From sequence record SRR2962707_1538: a stretch of 34,580 nt of DNA; one strand, 5' to 3'. The translations under genes and the position numbers were made by a program. The notes under the pieces are model-generated. The model saw nothing but the letters and a program-made list of their open reading frames with translations, ran no database searches and was not told the origin of the DNA. This document shows, piece after piece, positions 1-9,248 of this stretch; the stretch's first letter is position 1; the number at the start of each line of letters is the position of its first letter.

Positions 1-285
1 ATGGGTCTTGCCGTGCTCGCGCGAGATTTCGCGGGCGATGTCGCCGGCATGACGGTCGAGCAATTCCTTGAACTTGAACATGTAGCGGGCGCGCTTCAGA
101 GGCGGCATGGCGCCCCAAGCCGGCTGTGCTGCCTTTGCGGAAGCGACAGCTGCGTTGATTTCCTCAACGGTCGACAGCGGCAGTTCGGCGATCTGCTCGC
201 CGGTGGCCGGATTGAACACCGGGGAGCGGCGGTCCGAGCCGGAAATCGTCAGTTTGCCGCCAATGGCGTTTTCAATGATTTGCAT
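1..285 (-). CDS. mmsA: CoA-acylating methylmalonate/malonate-semialdehyde dehydrogenase, 5' part (runs off left edge)
   Basis: Not in the ORF track; manual minus-strand translation from ATG at 285 gives MQIIENAIGGKLTISGSDRRSPVFNPATGEQIAELPLST...WGAMPPLKRARYMFKFKELL...ISREHGKTH, a typical MMSDH N-terminus. It starts 2 nt after the aminotransferase stop. Confidence 0.85.
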   Translation of the reverse strand, partial: MQIIENAIGGKLTISGSDRRSPVFNPATGEQIAELPLSTVEEINAAVASAKAAQPAWGAMPPLKRARYMFKFKELLDRHAGDIAREISREHGKTH

Positions 286-287
286 GG

Positions 288-1616
288 TTACGCGATCCCT
301 TCGAGGACTTTACGCAGTTTTTCGAACAATTCGTCAATCTGATCCCTGGAGATGATTAGGGGTGGTGAAAGTGCAATGATGTCGCCTGTGGTGCGGATCA
401 GCAAGCCATCATCATAAGCCTTGAGGAATGCCGAGAAAGCGCGCTTGGTCGGCTCGCCGGCAATCGGGTCGAGCTCGATGGCGCCGATCAGGCCGGTGTT
501 GCGGATGTCGATCACATGCGGACAATCTTTCAGCGAGTGCAACTGCTCTTCCCAGTAGGGCGCGATGTCCGCGGCGCGGGTGAACAGGTCTTCTTCCTTG
601 TAGGTGTCGAGGGTGGCAAGGGCTGCGGCCGATGCAATCGGGTTGCCCGAATAGGTATAGCCATGGAAGAACTCGATCATGTGCTCGGGGCCTTGCATGA
701 AGGCATCGTGGATCTCCGAAGTGACAAAGACCGCGCCCATCGGGATGACGCCGTTGGTCAGTCCCTTGGCGGATGTGATCATGTCCGGCATGACATCGTA
801 ATGTTGGGCTGCGAAGGGTGAGCCCAGGCGGCCGTAGCCGGTGATGACTTCATCGAAGATCAGCAGGATGCCGTGCTTGGTGCAGATCTCGCGTAGTTTC
901 TTCAAATAGCCTTTCGGCGGGATCAATACGCCGGTGGAGCCGGCAACCGGTTCGACGATAACAGCGGCGATGGTCGAGGCGTCATGCAGCGTGACGATAC
1001 GCTCGAGTTCGCTTGCAAGGTCGCCGCCATGCTCGGGCTGACCCCTGGTGAAGGCGTTCTGGGCGGGCAAATGCGTGTGCGGCATGTGGTCGACGCCGGT
1101 CAGCAATGTGCCGAACATCTTGCGGTTGGAAACAATGCCGCCGACCGAGATGCCGCCAAAATTGACGCCGTGATAGCCGCGCTCGCGGCCGATCAGCCGG
1201 GTGCGGGAGCCATTTCCCTTCACGCGCTGATAGGCCAGCGCCACCTTCAGCGCCGTCTCGACCGACTCGGAACCGGAATTGGTGAACAGAACATGGTTCA
1301 TGCCCTCGGGCGCGATGTCGACCAGGCGGTTGGCCAGCTCAAACGCTTTCGGATGGCCCATCTGGAAGGCGGGCGCGTAATCAAGCTCACCAGCCTGCTG
1401 GGCGATCGCCTCGGTGATCTTGGGGCGGCAGTGACCGGCGTTGACGCACCAGAGGCCCGCGGTGCCATCGAGGATCTGGCGACCATCGGAAGACGTGAAA
1501 TGCATGTCCTTGGCACCGACCAGCATACGCGGGTTCTGCTTGAACTGGCGATTGGCGGTAAACGGCATCCAGAACGCGCGGAGGTCGTTGGGGGATGTGT
1601 TGAGCCGATTTGACAT
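288..1616 (-). CDS. Omega-amino acid/beta-alanine--pyruvate aminotransferase (class III PLP)
   Basis: AFWMPFTANRQFK, DGTAGLWC, FTNSGSESV, FDEVITGYGR and SAKGLTNG (PLP lysine) motifs. Start trimmed to MSNRL at 1616, which has a GGAGG RBS upstream. Confidence 0.92.
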   Translation of the reverse strand: MSNRLNTSPNDLRAFWMPFTANRQFKQNPRMLVGAKDMHFTSSDGRQILDGTAGLWCVNAGHCRPKITEAIAQQAGELDYAPAFQMGHPKAFELANRLVDIAPEGMNHVLFTNSGSESVETALKVALAYQRVKGNGSRTRLIGRERGYHGVNFGGISVGGIVSNRKMFGTLLTGVDHMPHTHLPAQNAFTRGQPEHGGDLASELERIVTLHDASTIAAVIVEPVAGSTGVLIPPKGYLKKLREICTKHGILLIFDEVITGYGRLGSPFAAQHYDVMPDMITSAKGLTNGVIPMGAVFVTSEIHDAFMQGPEHMIEFFHGYTYSGNPIASAAALATLDTYKEEDLFTRAADIAPYWEEQLHSLKDCPHVIDIRNTGLIGAIELDPIAGEPTKRAFSAFLKAYDDGLLIRTTGDIIALSPPLIISRDQIDELFEKLRKVLEGIA

Positions 1617-1711
1617 GGCTGGCGCGCCTCCTGACGCAATGTGTTCCCGGTCGTTGGTCAATAGCCATTTCAATGGCTTTTTTTCCGCACGCGAGTTCAC
1701 TGACGAAAATA

Positions 1712-1755
1712 TTGACTGTTTGATAAAACTCTAGCAGGGTCAATCATCCGGTCAA
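1712..1755. promoter_or_regulatory. Two RutR/PydR-like operator boxes between the aminotransferase and the TetR gene
   Basis: TTGACTGTTTGATAAA (1712-1727) and TCAATCATCCGGTCAA (1740-1755) resemble the 16-bp RutR palindrome TTGACCnnnnGGTCAA. Confidence 0.65.
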
Positions 1756-1832
1756 GGCAAATTCGGCGGTGTCCGCAAGAGCTTTGCCGAGGCCGTTTTT
1801 CAGCTGGTCGATGGTGACATGGAGCGCGCAAC

Positions 1833-2480
1833 TTGAAGGCAAGAGCCACGGAAACCCAGCGCAAGACGCGCATTCAGATGGAAAACGAGGAGCGCATCCT
1901 CGACGCGGCGCTTGAAGAGTTTTCCGCCCACGGATTTCGCGGCGCGACCATTGACCGGATCGCCGACCATGCGGGCATGTCCAAACCCAATCTGCTATAT
2001 TATTTTCGTCGCAAGCAGGACATGTACGAGGCATTGATTGCGCGTCTGCTCGATACCTGGCTTGAACCGCTGCGGGAACTCAATGCGGTCGGCGACCCGC
2101 TTCCCGAGCTGCAGTCCTACATTCGACGCAAACTGGAAATGGCGCGCGATTTTCCGCGCGAGAGCAGGTTGTTCGCCAACGAGATCCTGCAGGGTGCACC
2201 ACGTATCAAACGACTGCTCGAAACCGAGCTCAAGCCTCTGGTCGATGAGAAGGTGGATGTGCTGCAGGGCTGGATGAAGGACGGGCGGATCAACACCGTT
2301 GATGCCCGCCACCTGATATTCTCGATCTGGTCAACCACGCAGCATTATGCCGATTTCGATACCCAGGTGCGCGTGATCCTGGGGCCGGACAGGGGCGCGG
2401 AAGGCCGCTTCGATGATGCCGCGCGGTATCTCGAGACGTTGTTTCTTGATGGCCTGAGACCTCAAAGACAAGGCCAGTGA
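1833..2480 (+). CDS. rutR: TetR-family regulator, RutR/PydR type
   Basis: HTH ILDAALEEFSAHGFRGATIDRIA...MSKPNLLYYF, plus RutR C-terminal motifs ESRLFANEILQGAP and IFSIWSTTQHYADF. Divergent from pyrimidine catabolic genes. Exact start (TTG 1833 or ATG 1878) is uncertain. Confidence 0.85.
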   Translation: MKARATETQRKTRIQMENEERILDAALEEFSAHGFRGATIDRIADHAGMSKPNLLYYFRRKQDMYEALIARLLDTWLEPLRELNAVGDPLPELQSYIRRKLEMARDFPRESRLFANEILQGAPRIKRLLETELKPLVDEKVDVLQGWMKDGRINTVDARHLIFSIWSTTQHYADFDTQVRVILGPDRGAEGRFDDAARYLETLFLDGLRPQRQGQ

Positions 2481-2517
2481 CACGCCCCGCGTGCGGACCC
2501 CCTGAGGTTGACAGCTG

Positions 2518-3276
2518 TCAGGTGATGAGCCCGACAGCACGGCGGCTTTCCTCGGTTTTCAGCGAAAAGTCATCTCCGTCATAGGCCCGGCCGGCATCAG
2601 TCGTCAGCCAGGCGATCGCCTCTCCGACCCATTCAGGCGAAATATGCTGTGACCAGTCGAGCTTGCTGACAGGATTGATGCCCGAGTCCTTGATCGAGCG
2701 TTGCATGTCGGTTGCCACCGTGCCGGGTGACAGGCCGACGACGCGAACATTGTCGTCCATGTTTTCCCGGTGCGCGCAGCGGGTCAGGGAGAGCACTGCC
2801 GCCTTGGTCGCGCAATAGTGGCTCCAGCCCTCCAACGCCGCACTGGCAGCACCAGAGGAGATGTTGATGATCACGCCGCCGCCCTGCTGCTTCATGACAG
2901 GGATTGCAGCACGCAGACCATGATAGACGCCCTTGAAGTTGACATCGACAACCTGGTCCCAGGCTTCAGGGTCGGAATTCTCGATGCGTGCGATCGGGTC
3001 AATCAGACCGGCATTGTTGACCAGAATGTCGAGGCTGCCAAAGTGGGAGACGGCCTTGCTGACGGCGCTGTTGACATCGTTGTAGCGCGCCACATCGCAG
3101 GCAACCGCGAGCGCCTTGTCGCCAATTTCGGCTGCGATCCGTTCGCAATCTGTGGTGGAGCGTGCGGCCAGAACCACGTTGGCGCCGTACCCTGCCATAA
3201 TGCGGGCTGCCGCTCCACCGATTCCGCGGCTTGCGCCGGTGATCAGGGCTGTCTTGCCGGTCAGGTCAATGCTCAT
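2518..3276 (-). CDS. Short-chain dehydrogenase/reductase
   Basis: TGASRGIG, NNAG and YCATK catalytic motifs. Start trimmed to MSIDL at 3276 with an AAGGAG RBS. Confidence 0.9.
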   Translation of the reverse strand: MSIDLTGKTALITGASRGIGGAAARIMAGYGANVVLAARSTTDCERIAAEIGDKALAVACDVARYNDVNSAVSKAVSHFGSLDILVNNAGLIDPIARIENSDPEAWDQVVDVNFKGVYHGLRAAIPVMKQQGGGVIINISSGAASAALEGWSHYCATKAAVLSLTRCAHRENMDDNVRVVGLSPGTVATDMQRSIKDSGINPVSKLDWSQHISPEWVGEAIAWLTTDAGRAYDGDDFSLKTEESRRAVGLIT

Positions 3277-3429
3277 AATGGGCTCCTTGGTCCAAGTCTT
3301 CCTTTGCGCAATCGATACCCCAGGAAAGGTGTGTGGCCAAGCGGGGATGCTGAAATCGTTCATTCAAACGGGCCACACCCCGGGTACGGCCAGGCAGTCA
3401 TCGGCGTGGATTTCGGACGGAAATAATCA

Positions 3430-3445
3430 ATCAAGAAACCTTGAT
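3430..3445. promoter_or_regulatory. Putative ArsR operator upstream of arsC-arsH
   Basis: Perfect palindrome ATCAAG-AAAC-CTTGAT (ATCAA-N6-TTGAT) about 70 bp before arsC, abutting a TATAAT. Confidence 0.6.
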
Positions 3446-3516
3446 ATAATTCTGGCATTGCCGCAGCTCTTGGGTTAAAGCCGGGTACAAACGGACGCCT
3501 TGCGAAGGAAACGCTC

Positions 3517-3921
3517 ATGAGCATTGTCATTCATCACAATCCTGGTTGTGGGACATCCCGCAACGTCCTTGAAATCATCCGTGCCTTTGCGGACGAACCG
3601 ATTGTGATCGAGTATCTCAAAACCGGCTGGACGAGGGAGCAATTGCAGGGGCTGTTCGCAGCCGCAGGCATGACCCCGCGCGCGGCGTTGCGAGTGTCGA
3701 AATCACCTGCGGAGGAACTCGGCCTGACTGACCCTTCCGTCAGCGACGAGGCAATCCTGGATGCGATGCTCGAACATCCGGTGCTGGTCAACAGGCCGAT
3801 CGTCTGCACCGCGAAGGGTGTGGCGCTGTGCCGTCCGTCGGAAGCGGTCTTTGCGCTGCTCGATGTGGCTTCGGGCGCCACCTATACGAAAGAAGACGGG
3901 GAAGTGATTACAGCGCCATGA
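3517..3921 (+). CDS. arsC: Arsenate reductase (glutaredoxin type)
   Basis: [10 protein letters not shown] active site and [10 protein letters not shown]...LCRPSE motif. Confidence 0.92.
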   Translation: MSIVIHHNPGCGTSRNVLEIIRAFADEPIVIEYLKTGWTREQLQGLFAAAGMTPRAALRVSKSPAEELGLTDPSVSDEAILDAMLEHPVLVNRPIVCTAKGVALCRPSEAVFALLDVASGATYTKEDGEVITAP

Positions 3922-4634
3922 CGAAGGACATGCCGAATATTGACTGCGACAGCCTGCAACTGCCTGACGCAGATCTGTTGGGGCTGACCGGTGAGCCGAA
4001 CCATGCGCCGCGGATCCTGATGCTGTGTGGTTCGCTGCGCACCCGGTCCTATTCACGGTTCCTGAGCCAGGAAGCGAAACGGGTGCTTGAAGCGCTCGGC
4101 GCGGAAGTGCGGCTTTATGATCCGAGCGGTTTACCGCTTGTTTCCGATGATGCGGAGAACCATCCCAAGGTGGCTGAATTGCGCGAGCTGTCGCTCTGGT
4201 CTGAAGCGCAAGTGTGGTGCTCGCCGGAACGGCACGGGGCCATGACCGGCGTGATGAAGACACAGATTGACTGGTTGCCGCTGGCGCCGATCGGCGGTGT
4301 GCGACCGACGCAAGGGCGGACGCTGGCGCTGATGCAGGTCAGTGGCGGATCACAGAGCTTCAACACGCTCAACCAGATGCGGGTTCTCGGCCGCTGGATG
4401 CGGATGATCACCATCCCCAACCAGTCATCGGTTCCCAAGGCTTTTGCGGAGTTTGACGAAGACGGCCGGATGAAGCCGTCGACCTATTACAACCGCATGG
4501 TCGACGTGATGGAAGAACTGATGAAGTTCACACTGCTGACCCGGGGGCGGGCGGCGTATCTTGTTGATCGCTATTCGGAGCGGGTGGAAAGCGCCGAAGC
4601 GCTTTCCCAGCGTGTGAACCAGCGCTCGATCTAG
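3918..4634 (+). CDS. arsH: Arsenical resistance protein ArsH (NADPH-dependent FMN oxidoreductase)
   Basis: [46 protein letters not shown] and DRYSER motifs. ATGA overlap with the arsC stop. Confidence 0.95.
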   Translation: MTKDMPNIDCDSLQLPDADLLGLTGEPNHAPRILMLCGSLRTRSYSRFLSQEAKRVLEALGAEVRLYDPSGLPLVSDDAENHPKVAELRELSLWSEAQVWCSPERHGAMTGVMKTQIDWLPLAPIGGVRPTQGRTLALMQVSGGSQSFNTLNQMRVLGRWMRMITIPNQSSVPKAFAEFDEDGRMKPSTYYNRMVDVMEELMKFTLLTRGRAAYLVDRYSERVESAEALSQRVNQRSI

Positions 4635-4663
4635 CGCATCGTTCCATTGATCGAACGATGCGC
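4634..4663. terminator. Hairpin between convergent arsH and redoxin genes
   Basis: GCGCATCGTTC-N8-GAACGATGCGC forms an 11-bp perfect stem. No clear U-tract. Confidence 0.5.
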
Positions 4664-4678
4664 CAGTCCCGGATGGTT

Positions 4679-5215
4679 TCAGACGGCGCCGGTGTATTCG
4701 CCGCGGGCTGGATAGTCGTTCTTGATGGCAAAATCCAGCGCACCGACGAGTTCAGAAAAATGCGGGCGAACGAACGGCATGGTCTGGACCGAGCCGTAAT
4801 AAAGGTTTTGTTCCGGCGTCACCATGAACAGTCCAGGTTCCGAAAACAGCGCCGGTTCTTCGATGCCGATCGAGGTCTTGCCCCGTGAGGTGGAAATGTA
4901 GAGCCCCCATTCGCGCGCCTTGGCCAGCGGCAGGTCGTAACCGAAGCGCAGGCTGTCGGCGCCGATCTTGTCGGCCATCTGGCGTGTCCGCTCTTCACCG
5001 TCTGAACTGATCGCGATGGTGGCCACGCCACGTTCGGCGAAGTCTGCCACGCGTTTCTGGAATTCGGTGAGGTAGTTGGCGCAGATCGGGCAGTGAAGGC
5101 CGCGATAGAAGCAGATGACAGTTCCGCGTTCCGAGGCGTCCGTGGTGAGATCGAAGTCGCCGTGACCAAGTGTCGGCACTTTGAGATCCGGTGTTTTCTG
5201 GCGGGGCAGGAGCAT
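4679..5215 (-). CDS. Peroxiredoxin-like redoxin (AhpC/TSA family)
   Basis: FYRGLHCPIC CxxC, FSEPGLF, QTMPFVRP and DYPARG motifs. Confidence 0.85.
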   Translation of the reverse strand: MLLPRQKTPDLKVPTLGHGDFDLTTDASERGTVICFYRGLHCPICANYLTEFQKRVADFAERGVATIAISSDGEERTRQMADKIGADSLRFGYDLPLAKAREWGLYISTSRGKTSIGIEEPALFSEPGLFMVTPEQNLYYGSVQTMPFVRPHFSELVGALDFAIKNDYPARGEYTGAV

Positions 5216-5268
5216 GGATAAAGCCTTTCAGTGTGGGGTTGTGTAAATATACTATCGGAAATAAAATC

Positions 5269-5302
5269 TGAAAAATCCGATTTAACTGATGAAAACACCG
5301 AT
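5269..5302. promoter_or_regulatory. Tandem direct repeat, probable AraC-family binding sites
   Basis: TGAAAAATCCGAT (5269-5281) and TGAAAACACCGAT (5290-5302): 11/13 identical with a 21-bp period, between the divergent redoxin and AraC genes. Confidence 0.5.
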
Positions 5303-6073
5303 ATGATCAAAATGGACAGGCTTGCAACGCTGATGGAACGGTTCACCTTGCAGGTGAAGCCTGCGGCGCTGGATGTGGCCACAATGGTGGTGACGGCAGG
5401 TGACAGTGGGACATCCGGTCATGTCTGGTTTGGCCAAGCGGGCGTTGGCAGTGATTTTCCAGCCGCAACCGTGTTGTTTTCAGCAAAGGTCGATTGGGGT
5501 GGTGCGTCAAATCCGCTAATCGCGGCGTTGCCCGAGAAGCTCTGTTTCGATCTGTCCGGCGATCCCGAAGCTGCAAGCCTGGTCAACCTGATGCATTCAG
5601 AACTCGCTGCTGCCCGATGCGGATCTGCTTCCGTCGTCAACCGGCTTGGTGAAGTGATGGTGGTGCGATTGCTCCGCGCCCAGATCGAGGCGGGGTCTAC
5701 CGAGCCCGGGCTGCTCTCGGGGCTTTCGGATGCGAGGCTGAGTCGGGCCATCGTGGCGATGCATGGCAATCCGGGGCGAAATTGGCGCAATGATGATCTT
5801 GCCGAAGTCGCCGGCCTGTCCCTGAGCCGGTTTGCGGAGACCTTCGCCGATGTTGTCGGAGAAACTCCGGCTGCTTACCTGCGCCGTTGGCGGCTCCTGG
5901 TGGCGCGACAGGATCTTCAAAAGGGGGATCGTGTCGATGCTGTGGCGCGACGCTACGGCTATCAATCGGCGGAAGGGTTCGCGCGGGCGTTTCGTCAGCA
6001 TTACGGGCAGAACCCGCTCGCCATGCGTGGCGTGCGACCGGCGGAACCGGTTCCAGAGACTGCGCGGCTCTAA
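5303..6073 (+). CDS. AraC-family transcriptional regulator (Cupin_6/RclR-like)
   Basis: NPLIAALPE, VVNRLGEVMVVRLLR and a double HTH (LAEVAGLSLSRFAETF...YGYQSAEGFARAF). Start is ATG 5303 or 5312. Confidence 0.88.
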   Translation: MIKMDRLATLMERFTLQVKPAALDVATMVVTAGDSGTSGHVWFGQAGVGSDFPAATVLFSAKVDWGGASNPLIAALPEKLCFDLSGDPEAASLVNLMHSELAAARCGSASVVNRLGEVMVVRLLRAQIEAGSTEPGLLSGLSDARLSRAIVAMHGNPGRNWRNDDLAEVAGLSLSRFAETFADVVGETPAAYLRRWRLLVARQDLQKGDRVDAVARRYGYQSAEGFARAFRQHYGQNPLAMRGVRPAEPVPETARL

Positions 6074-6960
6074 CGCTGACGGGCAGCCCAGTTCTGGCCG
6101 ATGTCGTTTGCAAGATCGGCAATCGAGGCTTGGCTCCAGCCGCTGCGGCCACCTTTGATGTAGCCGACGAAGGCAAGTTTCCCACCCTTGCGCATGGCGG
6201 AAACAGCCACGCTGTCGGGCATGATCGTCCGGACCCCGTAGATTTCCATGATTGGCAGATCGAGCTGTGGCATGACGCGGTGAATGAGCTCGGTACAGAA
6301 TGTGCAGTCGGGCGAATCCACGTCGAACAGGAAGTCGAACTTCATGCCAATCGCACTGAAATAACCGTGCGCGGCCTTGCGCCGCTGTGCCAGGTTGCTG
6401 AAGCGCGGGCGCAGGATCGCCACGGCATCCGTGTTGAGCACGATCAAAGCTTTCGACAGATGCACGCCGCCTGAATCGGCTTCGACGAAAACCTGACCAT
6501 TGCGAATGCTGGCATTGTGCGGCCGGACCTTCGGGGATGACCAGACACCCAGGCGCTGAAGCTCCTGCTCCGTCCCAATATAGACCGCGGCATGACCGAA
6601 CAGCCCGGGTATGACCTGTCCTGACCGCCTTCCCTTGGAACTGACAAGCACGATGTCGAGCGGCTGGAGCACATCAAGGACGGCTTTCTGCGCGGCCGGC
6701 TTTGACTTGAGGTGACCACTGCGCCAGGCAACGTGGCTCAACACTGTCCCCAGTGTCGGCGCGACCGTACGCGCCATGTCCACAAACCAGGGTGGGTAGT
6801 CTTCCATGTTGGTGCAGCAGGCCGAAAGACTTGCCTTGGCGGGTTTGAGATCTGGCTTGTCAGAGCTGGACTGCGCGCATCCCTGGGCAACAGCCATGAG
6901 ACACAGGAGCAGGGCCACAAGCAAGCCGCGAACACTACGCAGGGAAACAGGAAAACTCAT
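6070..6960 (-). CDS. Exported permuted papain-like (YiiX/YebB-type NlpC/P60) cysteine hydrolase, probable lipoprotein
   Basis: Signal peptide ending AQGC; LQPLDIVL...FGHAAVYIG (His) precedes FDFLFD...FCTELI (Cys), the permuted order. Confidence 0.75.
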   Translation of the reverse strand: MSFPVSLRSVRGLLVALLLCLMAVAQGCAQSSSDKPDLKPAKASLSACCTNMEDYPPWFVDMARTVAPTLGTVLSHVAWRSGHLKSKPAAQKAVLDVLQPLDIVLVSSKGRRSGQVIPGLFGHAAVYIGTEQELQRLGVWSSPKVRPHNASIRNGQVFVEADSGGVHLSKALIVLNTDAVAILRPRFSNLAQRRKAAHGYFSAIGMKFDFLFDVDSPDCTFCTELIHRVMPQLDLPIMEIYGVRTIMPDSVAVSAMRKGGKLAFVGYIKGGRSGWSQASIADLANDIGQNWAARQR

Positions 6961-7116
6961 CCACACGACCAAAGATCAGAGGTATTCGGCCATGTGCGGA
7001 CGCCAGGCCAGGAACGGCCGCTCCTGAATGGCTTGATGTTGACCTTTGGTCAATGCCGATTGCTGAAGCGCTGCATTAGACATTGGTGCAACCGGTGATC
7101 GCCCCTGCGACAAGTC

Positions 7117-7716
7117 TTATTGCGATACAGGTACTGCGCGATAGCGGAAGTCCGCCATGTCATCTTCAATGCGACGCAATTCGGATTGCTGGCGACCGAT
7201 GTCCCGCTCCATGTCGCGGATGTTGCGACGGTTGTCGTCGATCCGTCGTTCCACGCTGCGACGGTCCTTTATACCGTCACGGATCAGTTTTTCATCATCG
7301 CGGATTGACTGTTCAAGCTCGCGGATGCGGGTTTCCAGAGAATTTATCTGTCGTTTCTTGGCATGGTGCACACGGCCAAGATCGTAGCCTTCACGGAAGC
7401 CCGCCTCAAGATTGGCAGGGCAGACATTGCCGTAGGCCTTGCCCTGGCTGCCGACGCTCAAACCATTGAGCGGTGTGCAATAGCGCGGGAGACCCTGCTG
7501 ATAACCCTGATACCAGACCGTCTGGTTGGCAGCCACACCTGCCTTGGCGCAGGCCTTGACGTGGCGCGCGAACCGGTCCTGGGGACTGTAACCTGCCGCG
7601 CCGTCCTGTTCGCCGATGACGCGCCAGTCGGCGATCGCGCACTCCTCTTTCGACATGGTTTGGCATGATGCAAGAAAAAGGCAGGCAAGAAGAACCAGTG
7701 CTGAATACAATTTCAT
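7117..7716 (-). CDS. DUF2799-like lipoprotein with C-terminal coiled coil
   Basis: Lipobox LASC; MSKEECAIADWRVIGEQDG...C...YQQGLPRYC...G..G..Y..VC pattern; charged heptad C-terminus. Confidence 0.75.
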   Translation of the reverse strand: MKLYSALVLLACLFLASCQTMSKEECAIADWRVIGEQDGAAGYSPQDRFARHVKACAKAGVAANQTVWYQGYQQGLPRYCTPLNGLSVGSQGKAYGNVCPANLEAGFREGYDLGRVHHAKKRQINSLETRIRELEQSIRDDEKLIRDGIKDRRSVERRIDDNRRNIRDMERDIGRQQSELRRIEDDMADFRYRAVPVSQ

Positions 7717-7861
7717 GATTATCCCCCAGACAACAGACAGACCCCGATATTTGATAGCAACTCGAGGCGCGGGAGACAAGCAACCATGAGGTCATCGCCT
7801 GGGAGCGCGTTGATTTCCGGTCACAGGAGGTGGCAGAATCTGCTTCACTTGCGTGGCCAAG

Positions 7862-7889
7862 AAAAAACCGGCCGTCAGAAACGGCCGGT
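7862..7889 (-). terminator. Rho-independent terminator of preT-preA
   Basis: ACCGGCCGT-cagaa-ACGGCCGGT stem preceded on + by an A-run, which is a U-tract on the minus strand. Confidence 0.8.
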
Positions 7890-7921
7890 CTATCATGGTG
7901 TAACTGGCGGGATCGGAAGAC

Positions 7922-9232
7922 TTATTCCGCAGCCTGTTTGGACATCGGATTGTTGGGATGCGTCGTCCAGTTGGCATACTCATGGTCGATCGGCTTGCCG
8001 GTTCGCGGGTCCGATCCTTCGGTCATCTCCACCATGGTGATGCAATCATCGACCGGGCAGACATTGACGCAGAGATTGCAGCCGACACACTCGTCGTCCA
8101 TCACCTCGAAATAGCGGGCTCCGTCGACCATCGAGGTGATCGCCTGATGCGAGGTGTCCTCGCAGGCAATGTGGCAACGACCGCACTTGATGCACAGATC
8201 CTGATCGATCTTGGCCTTGGTGATGTAGTTGAGGTTGAGATACTGCCAGTCGGTGACATTGGGCACCGCGCGGCCCTGGAAATCGGCGATGGTGGCGTAG
8301 CCCTTTTCGTCCATCCAGTCGGAAAGGCCTTCGGCCATTTCTTCGACGATCTTGAAGCCATAGGTCATGGCAGCGGTACAAACCTGAACCGTGCCGCAAC
8401 CCAGCGCAATGTATTCAGCGGCGTCGCGCCAGGTCTGAATGCCACCGATGCCCGAGATCGGCAGGCCGCGGGTCTGCACATCGCGGGCGATTTCCGCGAC
8501 CATGTTGAGCGCGATCGGCTTGACCGCCGGTCCGCAATAGCCGCCGTGCGAGCCCTTGCCGTCGATCGTCGGCGTGGGCGCGAAATTGTCAAGATCGATG
8601 GAGACAATCGACGAGATGGTGTTGATCAGTGACACCGCATCGGCGCCACCGGCCTTGGCAGCACGTGCCGGATAGCGGATGTCGGTGATGTTGGGCGTCA
8701 GCTTCACGATGACAGGCATGTTGGAGTAGTGCTTGCACCATTCAGACACCATCTGGATGTATTCGGGCACCTGGCCGACAGCGGCACCCATACCGCGTTC
8801 ACTCATGCCGTGCGGACAGCCGAAATTGAGCTCGATGCCATCGGCGCCGGTGTCTTCGACACGCGGCAGGATCGCCTTCCAGCTTTCCTCCTCGCAAGGA
8901 ACCATGATCGAGACGATCATTGCCCGGTCGGGCCAGCGTTTCTTGACTTCAGCGATCTCGCGGAGGTTGACCTCGAGATCGCGGTCGGTGATCAGCTCGA
9001 TATTGTTGAGGCCCAGAAGCCTGCGGTCAGGACCCCAGATGGCGCCATAACGCGGGCCGTTGACGTTGACGACCGGAGGGCCGGCCTCGCCAAGCGTCTT
9101 CCAGACGACGCCGCCCCAGCCAGCTTCAAAAGCGCGCTCGACATTGTAGGCCTTGTCCGTAGGCGGAGCCGAGGCAAGCCAGAAGGGGTTGGGGGATTTG
9201 ATACCGAGAAAATTGGTGGAAAGGTCAGCCAT
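7922..9232 (-). CDS. preA: NAD-dependent dihydropyrimidine dehydrogenase subunit PreA (PydA)
   Basis: NPFWLASAPPT, LNNIELI, ELNFGCPHGM and KLTPNITD motifs; C-terminal 4Fe-4S motifs CIKCGRC and CVGCNLC. Confidence 0.96.
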   Translation of the reverse strand: MADLSTNFLGIKSPNPFWLASAPPTDKAYNVERAFEAGWGGVVWKTLGEAGPPVVNVNGPRYGAIWGPDRRLLGLNNIELITDRDLEVNLREIAEVKKRWPDRAMIVSIMVPCEEESWKAILPRVEDTGADGIELNFGCPHGMSERGMGAAVGQVPEYIQMVSEWCKHYSNMPVIVKLTPNITDIRYPARAAKAGGADAVSLINTISSIVSIDLDNFAPTPTIDGKGSHGGYCGPAVKPIALNMVAEIARDVQTRGLPISGIGGIQTWRDAAEYIALGCGTVQVCTAAMTYGFKIVEEMAEGLSDWMDEKGYATIADFQGRAVPNVTDWQYLNLNYITKAKIDQDLCIKCGRCHIACEDTSHQAITSMVDGARYFEVMDDECVGCNLCVNVCPVDDCITMVEMTEGSDPRTGKPIDHEYANWTTHPNNPMSKQAAE

Positions 9233-9248
9233 GATATCTTTTCCTTCC

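Noticed and set aside
1-342. Plus-strand 113-aa ORF at the window start
   Set aside because: It is the antisense shadow of the mmsA 5' end.
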